This document shows positions 39,134-51,700 of a stretch of 64,000 bases of DNA, one piece after another. Below the pieces are notes generated by a model. It had not been told where the DNA came from, ran no database searches, and worked only from the letters and a program-made list of their open reading frames with translations. The stretch is from IMG/VR virus record IMGVR_UViG_3300013137_000008; one strand, given 5' to 3'. The translations under genes and the position numbers were made by a program. How positions within the stretch are numbered: the first letter of the stretch is position 1; every line of letters starts with the position of its first letter. The DNA comes from a virus. Lineage: Duplodnaviria; Heunggongvirae; Uroviricota; Caudoviricetes.

Positions 39134-40715
39134 TTTGTTACATAAACGACTTATATTAGCCATCTTACTTGTGCTGGCGTGTTTGCCAGTAGTGGTTTCG
39201 TATACTCCTGTTCATGCCACTACCATGGCAAATAATACGGCAACTTCAAATTTCTCAATCCGTCAGAATCCCACTACTTCTGTATGGACTCAGGGTACTT
39301 TCAACTATGTGGGATGTGTGCGGGGTGACAATGACACTAGATACGGTATAGGAATACGTTTTTCCGCCGTTGCTATTCCACATGGGGCAACTATTGACTC
39401 TGCTCATTTAGTGGCAACTTCGGCGTCCTCTTTTACTCAGGATACAGTCAATTCAATGATTCAAGGTGAATATGTGGATTCTGCGGCAGCGTTTTCTACA
39501 GTGGCAAACTATCAAGGGCGTACCCGTACTCCAACGGCAGTTGCATGGAATGGAATAGAACATTGGACAATGGGTACTCAATATTCATCTCCCGATATCT
39601 CTGAAGTGATAGAGGAAATAGTGGGGAGGGCTGGTTGGGTTTCGGGTAATAACATGGTTTTGTTCTGGGATGACCATTTGGCTAACTCCTCTCAAGGTTC
39701 ATATACTCCACCGTGTGTACGTGGTGGGTCAAGTTATCTTCTGATGGTGGAATACACAGCGGCTACAACAGTCAGTCATGCAAATGTGACTACTAAAGAC
39801 GCTACTGACATTGGTAGCTCAACGGCAGTCCTAAACGCTTACGTAGATGAAGATGGTGGTGATACCAATGGTGTAGCTCTGCAATTTGGGTATGCTAACG
39901 CCACTCATGCTGCTAACTTTGCAGCGTATACACATTTTACAGCATGGTCTACTTCAAACTATACCACTGGTGAAGCATATAATTTAGCTGTCGGGTCATT
40001 AACGCCTTCAACTACTTATTACTTTAATACGCAGGGGCAAAACTCAGTTGGGTATACTTATGGTGTTGAGCAGACCTTCGTCACGCCTGCTTCATCCACG
40101 GTATTGACACCATCAAACTTTATCATTCTACCTTCAAGCACGTCTGTTGATTTGCAGTGGTCTAAACCTGCTGGATTCAGTGAAAGCCGCCTGTATTTCA
40201 AATCTGGCTCTATCCCGTCTTCTAACACTACGGTTGATCTTTTGTATAGTGGTGTAAATAACTATTACACTCATTCATCGCTTACATCGGGTACTACTTA
40301 CGGGTATTTGTTGTACGGGTATGAATCGGGAATATGGTCAGCATCGGCTTCAGGCATTATTACAACCAAGGGTACTTCCACTGGTACTGGATTTAATACA
40401 CCAACTGTCCCGACTAACTGGTTTATTGATACTGAGTATACAACTCAGAACACAACTTTTTATTATGACATAGTAAATAACCTTGCAGATTCGTTTTCAA
40501 TGCCAAGGAATACAGCATGGGCTACATGGGCACTTTGCCTTGCGATGTTCCTCGGGTTTTTGATTTGGAGTGCATCCAGAAGCATGGTTGCGACTACAGG
40601 AGCGGTATGTGTGGGTGTTATAATCGGAAGTTTGCAACATTTGATTCCAATGTATATGATGTTGCTTGTTTTGGTATTTGGGATTAGTATAATTGCAGTG
40701 AGGGAAAGAATTTGA
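39126..40715 (+). CDS. Secreted FN3-like protein with C-terminal TM anchors, homologous to modules of the upstream giant proteins
   Basis: Signal peptide; IEEIVGRAGWVSGNNMVLFWDDH module; 8-nt overlap with the upstream gene. Confidence 0.7.
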   Translation: MDNLLHKRLILAILLVLACLPVVVSYTPVHATTMANNTATSNFSIRQNPTTSVWTQGTFNYVGCVRGDNDTRYGIGIRFSAVAIPHGATIDSAHLVATSASSFTQDTVNSMIQGEYVDSAAAFSTVANYQGRTRTPTAVAWNGIEHWTMGTQYSSPDISEVIEEIVGRAGWVSGNNMVLFWDDHLANSSQGSYTPPCVRGGSSYLLMVEYTAATTVSHANVTTKDATDIGSSTAVLNAYVDEDGGDTNGVALQFGYANATHAANFAAYTHFTAWSTSNYTTGEAYNLAVGSLTPSTTYYFNTQGQNSVGYTYGVEQTFVTPASSTVLTPSNFIILPSSTSVDLQWSKPAGFSESRLYFKSGSIPSSNTTVDLLYSGVNNYYTHSSLTSGTTYGYLLYGYESGIWSASASGIITTKGTSTGTGFNTPTVPTNWFIDTEYTTQNTTFYYDIVNNLADSFSMPRNTAWATWALCLAMFLGFLIWSASRSMVATTGAVCVGVIIGSLQHLIPMYMMLLVLVFGISIIAVRERI

Positions 40716-41041
40716 GTTGGAGAGTAATTACAGCGTTACTGTTCTTGTATGTGATGGTCGTTCTCTTATCAGGAGTAATGACCGAGGCGTATTATGGCGA
40801 TAATGCTACAACCATTGTAAGCCTTATCATTCGCCCACAAACCCCTTCGTATACTAACCCTGTAGGTGGTATTTCGTCTACATTTTCTGTTACGTCAGCA
40901 TGGATTGGGGCGTTTTTCCAAGCATTGTTCTTAGACTTTCCGATTTTCGATGGCCCGTACCAGATAGTACGTATCCTAATTTTAACTACAGCCATGGGCG
41001 TACTCGCCTACCAGGTAATTTCAGGGATTAAACCAGGATGA
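40712..41041 (+). CDS. Small membrane protein
   Basis: N- and C-terminal TM helices; 4-nt overlap. Confidence 0.45.
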   Translation: MSWRVITALLFLYVMVVLLSGVMTEAYYGDNATTIVSLIIRPQTPSYTNPVGGISSTFSVTSAWIGAFFQALFLDFPIFDGPYQIVRILILTTAMGVLAYQVISGIKPG

Positions 41042-41084
41042 GGAGTAGTTTATGTTAATGCGGCTTTGTAAGGAGAATTGTTAG

Positions 41085-42056
41085 ATGGGTAGGGGTTTAG
41101 GATGGTCAAAAGGGTTAACTAAGGAAACCAGTCCAAGTGTTGCTGCAAGGGCAGCTAAAATAATCGGCCATAAGACATGGAATGAAGGTCAAACTAAGTA
41201 TACTAATCCAAGTATCATGGCACAGGCGAAAAAGATGGCAGGAAGAACTAAAGAGACTGACCATGGCATAGCTATAAGGGTCTTAAAAATAACGGGTAGA
41301 ACTAAGTCAAATTATGAATATTTATTAGGAATGTCTAAAAAACGAGAAGGTTTAACCAAGGAGAGTACTCCTTGGTTAGCAAGAATGGGATGGAGTAAGG
41401 GGCAAACAAAGGATACTAATCCAAGTATTGCAAAGGCTACTATTAAACGACAAGGAAGAACTAAAGAGAATGATTTAGGAATGCTGTCGCAGTCAATTAA
41501 AATGACTGGTAGGACTAAAGAAACGCACGAAGGTATTCGTAGAGGCGTAGAGAAGAAGAAAGGAAGGACTAAGGAAAATCATAGTGGGGTTAGATCACAT
41601 GCCATTAAAATGGCTGGCAGAACTAAAGAAACGCATGATGGTGTTCGTAGGGGGGCAGAAAAGAGAAAGGGAAGGAATAAAGAGAACACACCTTATATGG
41701 CAACGATGGCAGTAAAGATTTCAGAATTATTTAAAGGTGATAAACATCCAAATTGGATTGATGGTAGATCATATTTGCTATATGGCAAAGATTTTACTCG
41801 AAGTCTACGGACGAAAATAAAAAAACGGGATGAGTACACTTGTCAATATTGCGGGATGTTGGAAGTTAATTATTGGCGAAAATTGGATGTACATCACATT
41901 GATTATGCTAAAACCAACTGTCCTGAATCCAATTTGATTACTCTTTGCCACACTTGCAATGTGCGTGTTAATCAAAATAGAGAGTTTTGGCAACGATTTT
42001 TCTCAGACAAGATATTGGTGAGGCAATTAAATGAAGGGAGTTTTATATATGGGTAG
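41085..42056 (+). CDS. HNH homing-endonuclease-like protein with N-terminal NUMOD3-like repeats
   Basis: Repeats GRTKET(H)xG(I/V)RRG; C-terminal HHIDYAKTNCPESNLITLCHTCNVRVNQNREFW, close paralog of the HNH region in 2719..3879; AAGGAG SD. Confidence 0.75.
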   Translation: MGRGLGWSKGLTKETSPSVAARAAKIIGHKTWNEGQTKYTNPSIMAQAKKMAGRTKETDHGIAIRVLKITGRTKSNYEYLLGMSKKREGLTKESTPWLARMGWSKGQTKDTNPSIAKATIKRQGRTKENDLGMLSQSIKMTGRTKETHEGIRRGVEKKKGRTKENHSGVRSHAIKMAGRTKETHDGVRRGAEKRKGRNKENTPYMATMAVKISELFKGDKHPNWIDGRSYLLYGKDFTRSLRTKIKKRDEYTCQYCGMLEVNYWRKLDVHHIDYAKTNCPESNLITLCHTCNVRVNQNREFWQRFFSDKILVRQLNEGSFIYG

Positions 42057-42065
42057 GTGTAAAGT

Positions 42066-42293
42066 ATGCTAATGCGACTTTTTCTTGGCTTGACATTGAT
42101 TTTGTGTTTTCTTGTTATTTATCCGAGCATGATGTCCATATTGACTGACAATGTGTCAGGTTTACTTACCTTAATCCCTGCTGGTTCGATGTCACCGTTA
42201 GAGCAGAGCATTTGGGGATTATTCCCTCTTGCCTTTTTGGTACTTGGCGTGGGCGGGTTTATCTGGCTGATTGTGAGAGATCGAGAGCGATAG
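42066..42293 (+). CDS. Small membrane protein
   Basis: Three hydrophobic segments. Confidence 0.4.
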   Translation: MLMRLFLGLTLILCFLVIYPSMMSILTDNVSGLLTLIPAGSMSPLEQSIWGLFPLAFLVLGVGGFIWLIVRDRER

Positions 42294-42320
42294 TTGATTT
42301 TATATTGAGGGTGTGCTTTA

Positions 42321-42749
42321 ATGAGTAAAGAGATGTATGTAACAGATAAAAAGGGCAATCGGTATGAAATCAAGTCCCATATTGACTATGGGGCGATTAT
42401 TATGACGTCTGTTTTACCTGAGTTAAAACCCATAGATAGTTTGTGTATTGCAAGAGATGGACTAATCTTCGGGAAATGGCGAGACCCTGATTATCGAAAC
42501 TCCGCTGCTATAGATGATTGTAGGATGTTGAAGTGGGAAGAATTTTTAAGGCAGGGGTGGTTACTGCCCGAAGTAGATAAGATTTACGGTTTTGTCCACC
42601 CGAATAATGTCGCTTCGATTAAATGGGTATTGTCAAGGGGTGGGTATCTAGATGGAAAACATGAGATAGATGGAGTAATATACGATAAGTATGTTGTACC
42701 TATAGATGCCATGGTTAAGATGGCTGAGAAAATTAAATGTATGGTTTGA
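42321..42749 (+). CDS. Hypothetical protein
   Basis: 142-aa ORF, coupled to the giant gene. Confidence 0.45.
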   Translation: MSKEMYVTDKKGNRYEIKSHIDYGAIIMTSVLPELKPIDSLCIARDGLIFGKWRDPDYRNSAAIDDCRMLKWEEFLRQGWLLPEVDKIYGFVHPNNVASIKWVLSRGGYLDGKHEIDGVIYDKYVVPIDAMVKMAEKIKCMV

Positions 42750-45700
42750 ATGATGAACCTTTATACTTTCGTGGAAGACGATATTGTATAGGGAAATTAT
42801 GCTTTACTGGAGCAGTCGGGGCAAGTGGCCCTGATTTAATGCTATATACGCCACCTTCAATCTATTCAACTCCCTCTTCAACCCCGTCAGCACCTGCTGC
42901 TCCCGCTGAACCCGTATCCTCGCCAGTGCCTACGCCTCCGTCTGATTCTTTAGACTCTACTTTCCGTAGGACTCAGCAGGTATCTGGTGGAGCTAGTGGT
43001 GATGTTTACAGGGAATCTTCAGAATCAGTCGCAAGGATTGGGGCAGGGATGGGTAAAGGTGATGTGGGACAGTCAAAACAGCTTCTTTCAAAGGAAGAAG
43101 AAGCACGACAGATTCAACGACTTGAGAATTTGCCTCATACTTGGGCAGAAATGGTATCTCAAGACCCATATGTTTTGCTGAGACCTGATGCGGAAGCAAG
43201 GTTGGCTGTCTTACCTGAAAGTGAGAGACCGAAGATTACTTATCCTGTAAACGATAGTGAATTAGCACTTCTAAAACAGCAGGCGGCTAAGTACGGGACT
43301 TCCGAAGATGAAAAAATCGTTCAGACTGTAATGAACATTATGCAGTCGGATTGGAGTCCATCTGCTACAATGCCATCAGATTTACTCAATCTTCCTAAGA
43401 CGTACGGTGAACTTGCTGTTATAAAACTGGGAATCTTAAACAATAGTCCTAACAATACGTGGACTTTGTCAACGGGGCAAAAGGTGACTCTCCCTAAATC
43501 TGAATATGTAAATCAGGCTATCTTGGACAATACAACTTACACATACAGGCAAATGGGTGAATCTGAGATACCAAGGTCAAAAACTGAGCCATCGACAGGA
43601 GTGTTCTCACCTAACCCCAATGCTTTTGGGTTATGGACGCCTCTTTCTGATGAAGCTCGATATGACAGCAGAATAGTAGACGCTCTCGATAAATCCAAAT
43701 ATCAGAGCGCACTTAACATCGTAGATAAGCTCTCAGAACCTTGGGGTGCAAGGCCAAGTGGTGCTGGTGGAGGTGGTGGTGGAGCAGTGGGTAGCTCTGG
43801 GACAATGGGTAGTGGTGGAATAACTATACCTGGGGTTACGGTTAATGTCGCTCCAACTACGGGCGTGGTTACAGTTTCATCACAAGGGCAAGAAAGAGTT
43901 ACGGGTGTTGCTGATACAGGCACAGCGTTCCTTACAACCCAATCAATGAAAGAAGCAGCAAAACAGGCCGGATATGGACTATTAAGCGCAGAAGATGTAA
44001 AAAATGTCTATGATAAGGCAGAACAATTACAGAAATGGCAGGCTGAACTTCCAACGGCTAAGAACAAAGTAGAAATCCAACGGAATATAGATGAAGCGCA
44101 ATCATATCTTTCTAAGGTAGTAAAAGCGAATACTCCACTTACGCCTACACTACTCGTAGATGCAGTTGAATCGTCCATTCGAAATAAAAGCAATCCTGCT
44201 CAAGAATTGGCAAATGATGGACTTACAAGGGCTGCTGAACAGGCTGGTGGACGTGAAATAAAAGATGGTGTGTGGGAAACCAGAACTTCTACAGCAAAAT
44301 ATATGGATGCCCTTCAAGAGTTTTTAAAGGGTGTACAGGGCATAGAGAGGGAAGCCCCATTCAAACAGAAAGTTTTCTCGGATGCTCAACAGGTAGCACA
44401 GGACAATGACGAGGCTAACGCTGTGGATAAAGGCAATAGGCCTACAGACCCTGTAAAAATAATGGAATCATGGAGATACACAAAAGAAGCAGCCCAACTT
44501 CGTGACAGCAAGGGCAATAACTTAACGGGTGAAGCACTTTCAAGAGTAATTGAGGGTTGGGGCAAACAAAGGACAGCCGAAGGCGGCTCACCAATAACCT
44601 ATGTTCAATATGTCCCTGTTGGTCAGACTATAGAAAATGGAGTAGTTAAATTAGTCTATGATTGGCGTTCAGTAGATGAAAATAACAAACCATACGAATA
44701 TGGTGTAATACAGCGTCCTATCTGGTGGGATATGAGCACTGGCAAAATCTTGGTTACAAGCAAGGATTGGCGTCCTGACCGCAAACTTCAGAACTGGCAG
44801 ACTTTTGATGAGTTTGCTGAGGCAGTTGCAAGGGGCGAAATAGCGACTCCAAACAGAATACTTGATGCAAAAGCAAAGAAACTGGAGAGTATTCTTAAAA
44901 GTGCTGAATGGAATAAATATCTTAATGATTGGAATGGTTTTCTTAAGAACCCTGTAAAAGGTGATGAGCCAATAACGGATATTCCAGTAAGTGATTTGAA
45001 CATTGCTGACTTCGGATATAGATATGGTGCGTATTATGTAGATGATAAAGGGATTGTTGATTATAAAGGAATTGTTAAGGCATCTGAAAGGTACGAGGAT
45101 TCTCTTAATATAGATCAACCGTTAGATTGGGTATACATTTTGAGTGGGTCGTCCTATAAACCTGAGCCTGTACCAGTGACTGAGGCACAACCAGAGCGAT
45201 ATGTTTCTACGGGTACTACAGAGACTAAATTTGAACCAAGTGAGAAGATAGAGACTAAGCCATCAGGAGTAGTTTCTGTTGATATTGCTCCAAAAGTGTT
45301 TGAAACATCAGCATTAACACAAGAATCGGATGGACGTATATATAAGGCCAAAATAGTTATAACAGTAACAAAAGATAAGATAACTGAGACAAGATATGAT
45401 GATAAGGGCAACATAGATATCGGCGGGTCTTATGAGTCTCCTCTTGCTGCGGATACTAACAGTATTCCTTTCCAAAGCCTTGTAAGAACTATAGGGTTGG
45501 ATAGTGCTAATAAAGTTGTCAGTGATATGCAGCAAGCTGCCACTACCCCGTCTGTAATAACTCAAGAGGTGAGGGCTACAACTATTCCAATGTTGGTTGG
45601 GGAAGGTCAAGGCAGAAAGGTTGTAGAGCAAAGGGGTGACAAGGTAAGAGCAATAGTTTTTGATGCTAATGGTATTATACTATTTGATAATACGTACTCA

Positions 45701-48700
45701 GCGGATAGCGATCAAGGTAAATTTAATATTGGGTTCGCTAAAGAGCAAGCACGTTTAGGATTGGCAAAGGTTAATATTACCAGTGTCCAAGTTACTGCTC
45801 CTACTAAGACAGAACGTGTTGAAACAGAAAATGTTGAACCGTCAAGTTGGTTTGCAGGTGGATTACCAAAAGTTTTGGCATTGCCTTATCTTGAAGGGGA
45901 GATATCAGGGGATAGCTCTATTAATATCCATGATGTTGGAATGGATATAGTAAATGGTAAAACTATAATAAGTTGGAAAACAGATAAACCTACTCTTGGT
46001 ATTGTTCAAGGTTGTTATGATGGTGGGTGTGGTAATTGGCGTGATACTGAATTGTCTACTGACCATAAAATTGAGGTGGATATCTCAGAGTATTCTCCTG
46101 AACAATTGGCTACGTTGCATTTAACTGCAATAACCTCAACCACAGGTGATGGGTTAAAGGATACGAGTATACAATGGATGCCTATAAACAAGAACGTTAC
46201 CTTATCGGCAGAAACAGTTATATCATCTATTCCTGATATGTCTATGGGTAGTGTTAAGAGTGTAATTACAACTAAAGAAGAACCAAAATTCAAAGGTAGG
46301 GAACTGACGTCAGATGAGAATACAGCCAAAGGAATACTTTGGATTAAGGTTGATGACAACGGTATTGCTACTGCCATGGATATTAACCGCACTGTAATTT
46401 ACACTGTTTATCCTGATGGTAGGATGGAAGGTCATGATTTACATGGTGGTAACAGGGTATGTACAAACACTGAGTGTTCTATCAAACATGCCAAGGCGAT
46501 TGAGGATATCAAGAGTGCAGTAAAATCCGCTGGCATGGATATCAACAATTATAAACCATCTGTAGTAGTTGCTGCTATTCCAACTATTTCAAAGGTTGAA
46601 GGTGTAAAACCAACTGAGTTTGTAATTACTCCAACTGCTATAAAGGCAGGTATAACACCAAAAGATATAGTAAACAACATGGTAACACAAGCCTATGTTA
46701 CTGATAACAAGGATTGGAGAACTAAAGTATTAGACATTGTAAACAAGTATACCGATAAGGGTATTCTCAATATCGAAAAAGCATACCAGGAAATCACAAG
46801 GGCTAAACTTCCGATTGCTGCTCCAATCATACAACCCAAGATAGTTTCAACTCCTGATGAAACCCGCCGTTATTTCTACTGGGGCGTAACTCTTAAACCT
46901 ACCATGGATGAAACGTTATTTGAAGTTGCCAAACGTGAAATGACCACGGATTATAATGAAGCTAAGAGGCGTCAATCTCTTGCTGAGTATGAGCCTTCAG
47001 ATGAAGCAGGCAAGAAACTCAAAGCCACCTTAGCCCCACAAGATCAATTTACTGACTATGATCGTAAAGTTATAGAGAATTGGGAAAGTCCCAAATTGTT
47101 CAAATCATCCACTCAATGGATAGGTCAAGACCCCATGAACTATTATGGACTTGCTATTGAAATGGGTAAACAACAGGTAATAGTAAATAAAGCTAAACAG
47201 GTAGATGCTTTGCGTAAGGCTGGTAAACTGGATGAAATTCCGCCTATGCCAACCCCTTATACTTCATTGGCGACTCGCCTTGAACCTATCATCTCTACCA
47301 CAAAATCAGAATATGAAAAATCCCTTGCTATTATTAATGCTAACAAACTTGATTCCTCAAAACCTGTTCCTACAGAAAGAGATTACACTATTGTCTCCAC
47401 AGTAGAAAAATACCGTGGTGATGATAAACTCCGTACCCCTAACTTCTACTCTGTCTATGAAGCACTTAAAGGGGGGCCATGGGCAATTGGGGTGGAGGGA
47501 GAGGTAGGTGGAGGGTTGAAACTTAGAGTTGGGCAAGTTACTAGTGAACGTCCTGAAGTGCCTATTAGTGAGTATTATATACCTCAACCAATTGTAGAGA
47601 CTTCAAGACAACCAATGTCTAATTATTTGGATGTTTTGTTTGGAAGAACAACTCCACAGGGTTGGGCGGGTAGATATGAGATGAGGGCTAAACCTGAAAT
47701 TTCTATGAGGGCGTCAGAATTAATAAAGTTAGGCCCATTTGAAGGTCAGGTACATTTGGTAAAACCTAAAATACCTGAACTGAGCCTTGAGGAGAAATGG
47801 ATTGGCATGATTCCAGTTTTAACAATGGATAGTGTTAAAACTTGGCTTCCATCAGAAACCAATAAGGAAGCCTATACCAAACAAAAAGCATATTTTGAAT
47901 CACAAGGATACGTATTACCTCTGGGAAGTATCTTTGGTGGGTATGATAATCAAGGTAAGGCAACTTTTGTTAGCAAGGTAGACTTTGCTAAATTATCACC
48001 TGATAATAAGAATGTATTGCTTACTGAGGGAATAAGTGGGTTGAATGCCAAGATGTCGGTAGACTCTTGGAATGGGGGAATAGTATGGGGTGTAATACAG
48101 GAAAAGTATGGCAGTAATCCATTTAAGTGGGCGCAAGATTTAAGAGATACAGGTGTTAAACCTGATGAGATTCGTGGGTTACTTGCTACTGTTAATTGGA
48201 AAGAACCAGATACCATAGATAATGTTATGAAAACTATCCCTAAAGAGAATGAGGTTACTGATAGTGAATGGGCAAAAATGTGGTTTAATATATTGGCACC
48301 AGGCGACCAGTTTGTTCCTAATAGAGTTGAGTTTATTGAATATGCCACAAAACATCCTGAAGACCCAAGGGCAAATGTTTTGTTCAAAGGTGTTCCATCG
48401 GTTTTGCCATTAACTTATGAGGCGGCAAGTGATATAGATCAAAAAGCACCTTGGTCTGACCAAGTGATGCAGATTAAACTGGCAGAGGTAAAAAGCCTTT
48501 ATAAATATGGAGAAAAGGTACAAGAGGGGATTGGAGCAGAGGGCAATAGGGTAATTCAATCCGTATTAGCTCCAGGAGCTTGGGCAATGGCAGGAGCCAA
48601 TGGTGGTTTTTGGGATTCTGAGTTTAGAGTAGGGGCAGAAAAGAATATCTCTCCAATTACGTTTTATGTAGACCCTAATACTGGTGAAAAAAAGGCTGAA

Positions 48701-51700
48701 TGGTTAATGGATGGCAAACCAATAGATACAACTTTTGAAACTAACGCTATAAAAACCATTTCAGATTTTGCGCCTAGGGAAAAATTTGCGGGTGGAGTAA
48801 AAGGGATAGACGAGTGGTATCAAAAAGTTAGACCTGATTGGTATGATTATACTGGAAGTTTTAATCCTGATTATGCAATAGGAGTAGTAAAGGGATCGGT
48901 TTGGGTTGTTAGCGAATTATGGCAAATGGTTAGTGGTATGTTAGGGGTGTTACCGTTAACTATCTTAAAGGTTGGGAGAGAAGCTACTGCTGGTGATATT
49001 AATCATGCGGCAGAAACCATTGTAACAAGTGGTGGTGGGATGGTATTAATGCCAGGGGCATGGTTAGGTGAAAAAGTATCTGATATAGGAAGAGGTAATA
49101 TACCCAAATTTGTTGGGGAATCAGTAGGGATGGGGCTTAGTTTAGTATTTGCACCAGAAGCTTTGGCAAAAGGGTTAAATAGAGGGTTTAATGTATCTCA
49201 ATTAGCTATCAAAGCGGCAAAAGGTGATATTATTTCTGCTCGTGCAATAGCCAATTATCCAGAAGTAGTAGCAATTAGAACACCTCAATCATTTAGAGTA
49301 TTGGAAACTGAACTGTCGGCTATCTTTTCTGATAAAGTCAAGGTAGATAAGATATTGGAGAAATCTAATCCGATTGAACAGCGAAAAGAGATACGTGCAT
49401 TACTTAATCCAGAAACTGCAAAAGTATTTGATGCAATCGTTGAATTGGTAGATTTAGTAGGTGGATATACAGTTAACCCATCAAGTATTCGCAAAGTTAA
49501 CTTCGATGATATATTAAGAGTACCAATTGGAGCAGACAAAGCAATTAAATCAGTGCTGGATAATTATAAGGGAAAATTTGAAATACATGGTAGCTTTGCT
49601 GATTGGGTACAGATGAAAAATGTTCCTGATGCCTATAGACCAAAGGATTTGGACGCATTCTTTAATGATGATGTTTCTATTAATACGGTTGCAAAGAAAA
49701 TTTCAGATGATATAAATAAGGAACTAGGTAAGAATATAACAAGAGCAGAGGGAGCACAAATTAAAACGCTTAAAGATGGTAATTGGGATAAAATGCTTGA
49801 TATTCATCATAAGAGCGAATTTAGTTCTGTTGCTCCGCTAGGTTTTGAGCAAATAAGGAATAATGTTGTTGTTGATGGAATAGAATTTGAACCACTTGGC
49901 AATCAGTTATGGCATCGCGGTTGGGAATTAATGAACCCAGGAGTTGGTACACAACGTGGTTTAATGGGGCCAGTTGCCGCAGCTAAGGAATGGAGATTAA
50001 AAGATCAATATAGGTTTGAAGTATTGGTTAGGAGTATTATTAATGATTTGAAAACCAATGGAGAGGTTGAATTGGCTAATCAAGTATCAACTAATCTTAA
50101 TACATTCTTAACCTCACCACGGGGAGAAGCATTTAAATGGTCTCCTACAGAGATGGCTGACATATCTAGTGATTTCTTGGAACTCTTTAAGGAATTACAA
50201 GAAGCTTCAATATTGAGCGGTAAAAAGATGGTAGCTTTTGATGAGAAAGGCATACTTGTCAGAGAACCAACTCCGTCAGAGCAGGTAATTCCTGGTACGC
50301 TTTATCATGTTACCTTTGATATACGTCCTTATTTAGAGGCGCAGAAGAGGGGTAAACCAGTTACTATTGGTCAGATAATGGATGAAACTGGTAAATTAAC
50401 AAAGGCAGAAGGCCAGTTTTTATTTACATCACCACAGGCAGCATTTGATTTTATACAAAGATTAGGTGAAGTTGGCGAGAATGCTGGAGTGATTGCGATA
50501 CGTACTACTCTAAATGAGGTTGGATTGGGAAGAGATATAACTCCTGCGTTTAGGATAGAGCAATTTACTGAACCTAAAGAGTTTTCAATTGAAATAGGTG
50601 GTAAAAAGTTTGTCCCAGGTGGTGATGTCATTGTTGGGCGTACTTTAAATGAGTGGTTAGTCCAACCTGGAACCAAGATATATATGACTGGAGAGAAAAT
50701 TGGGACATACCACCCAAGAAGTCTAAAGGGGTATGATATTCATTGGGCACAGACCGCAGGGGCGAGGGATTTGGGGTTAAAGATGCCGAATAATGCCCAG
50801 ATTCATGCCATGAATTTAATGGCAATGAAAGAAACATTCAGGGATTTATTGAATCCTACTTTAGTCAAACAGATAAAAGTTATTAGTGGGCCAACTCCTG
50901 CTATTGGCGAAGGTAGTATTATTAGTTTTAGAAGGGAGCCAATATATTTTAAATCTGTCAATGAGCTAAGTGGCGATTTAAAATTAGTAAGTGACTTATT
51001 GAAAAAGAATAAGACATATAATAAGGCTACTGAAGAGATAGTACGTAGGGTTTGTGAGGAATATGGGTTTGATTATCATGAAGGTTTGGGTACAGAAAAG
51101 TTTGGAACAGGGTTACAAGGGATGTTTTCGCCATTGGAAGGCAAGATTACTTTAACGGATCAATTTATGCAAGACCCAAGGAGCCTAATAACAATTATCC
51201 ACGAATTAACACATAACAAAATGGATAAGTTAATTGATAGTAATCCTAGATATAGGAAAGGAATGGATAATTTACTCAAGGATGTCAGTGTGTATATTAA
51301 GAGTCGTTATGGTGTATCAGTACCGTTAGAAGTAGTAGATACATTTGTACACGAAATAGCCACTATTAATCATGTTAAGAGATTAAGTGGGTTCAATGAT
51401 ATAGATTATCATCTATATAATATTAAGGTTTTGGATGATGTTATCAATAAAATGACTAATGGAACAAGAGTTTTAAGCCCAGATGATATGTTAGCCTTGG
51501 TCAATATGGCAGAAAGTTACGAGAGAACATTACCTATCAAACATGGCATAAATTATGAATATCTACATAAGGCAATGGTAAATGATGCGAAAAATAAGAG
51601 ATCACAGGTGTTATCTCAAGCAGAGGTTAATGAAACCATAGCAATTGGTAAAGAAATGAGGGGTGAATATAGTTCACCGTTGAGCCTTATTCCATCTTTA

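Noticed and set aside
30653-40715. Archaeal origin, suggested by dense N-x-S/T sequons and C-terminal TM anchors of the surface proteins
   Set aside because: Several features argue for a bacterial host: consensus sigma70 -35/-10 promoters, GGAGG Shine-Dalgarno sites, a bacterial-type SSB with acidic tail, DnaB, a J-domain protein, RusA and an IS4 transposase. No BRE/TATA-like archaeal promoters, archaeosortase (PGF-CTERM) or other archaeal sorting motifs were seen. The question is left open but is not supported.
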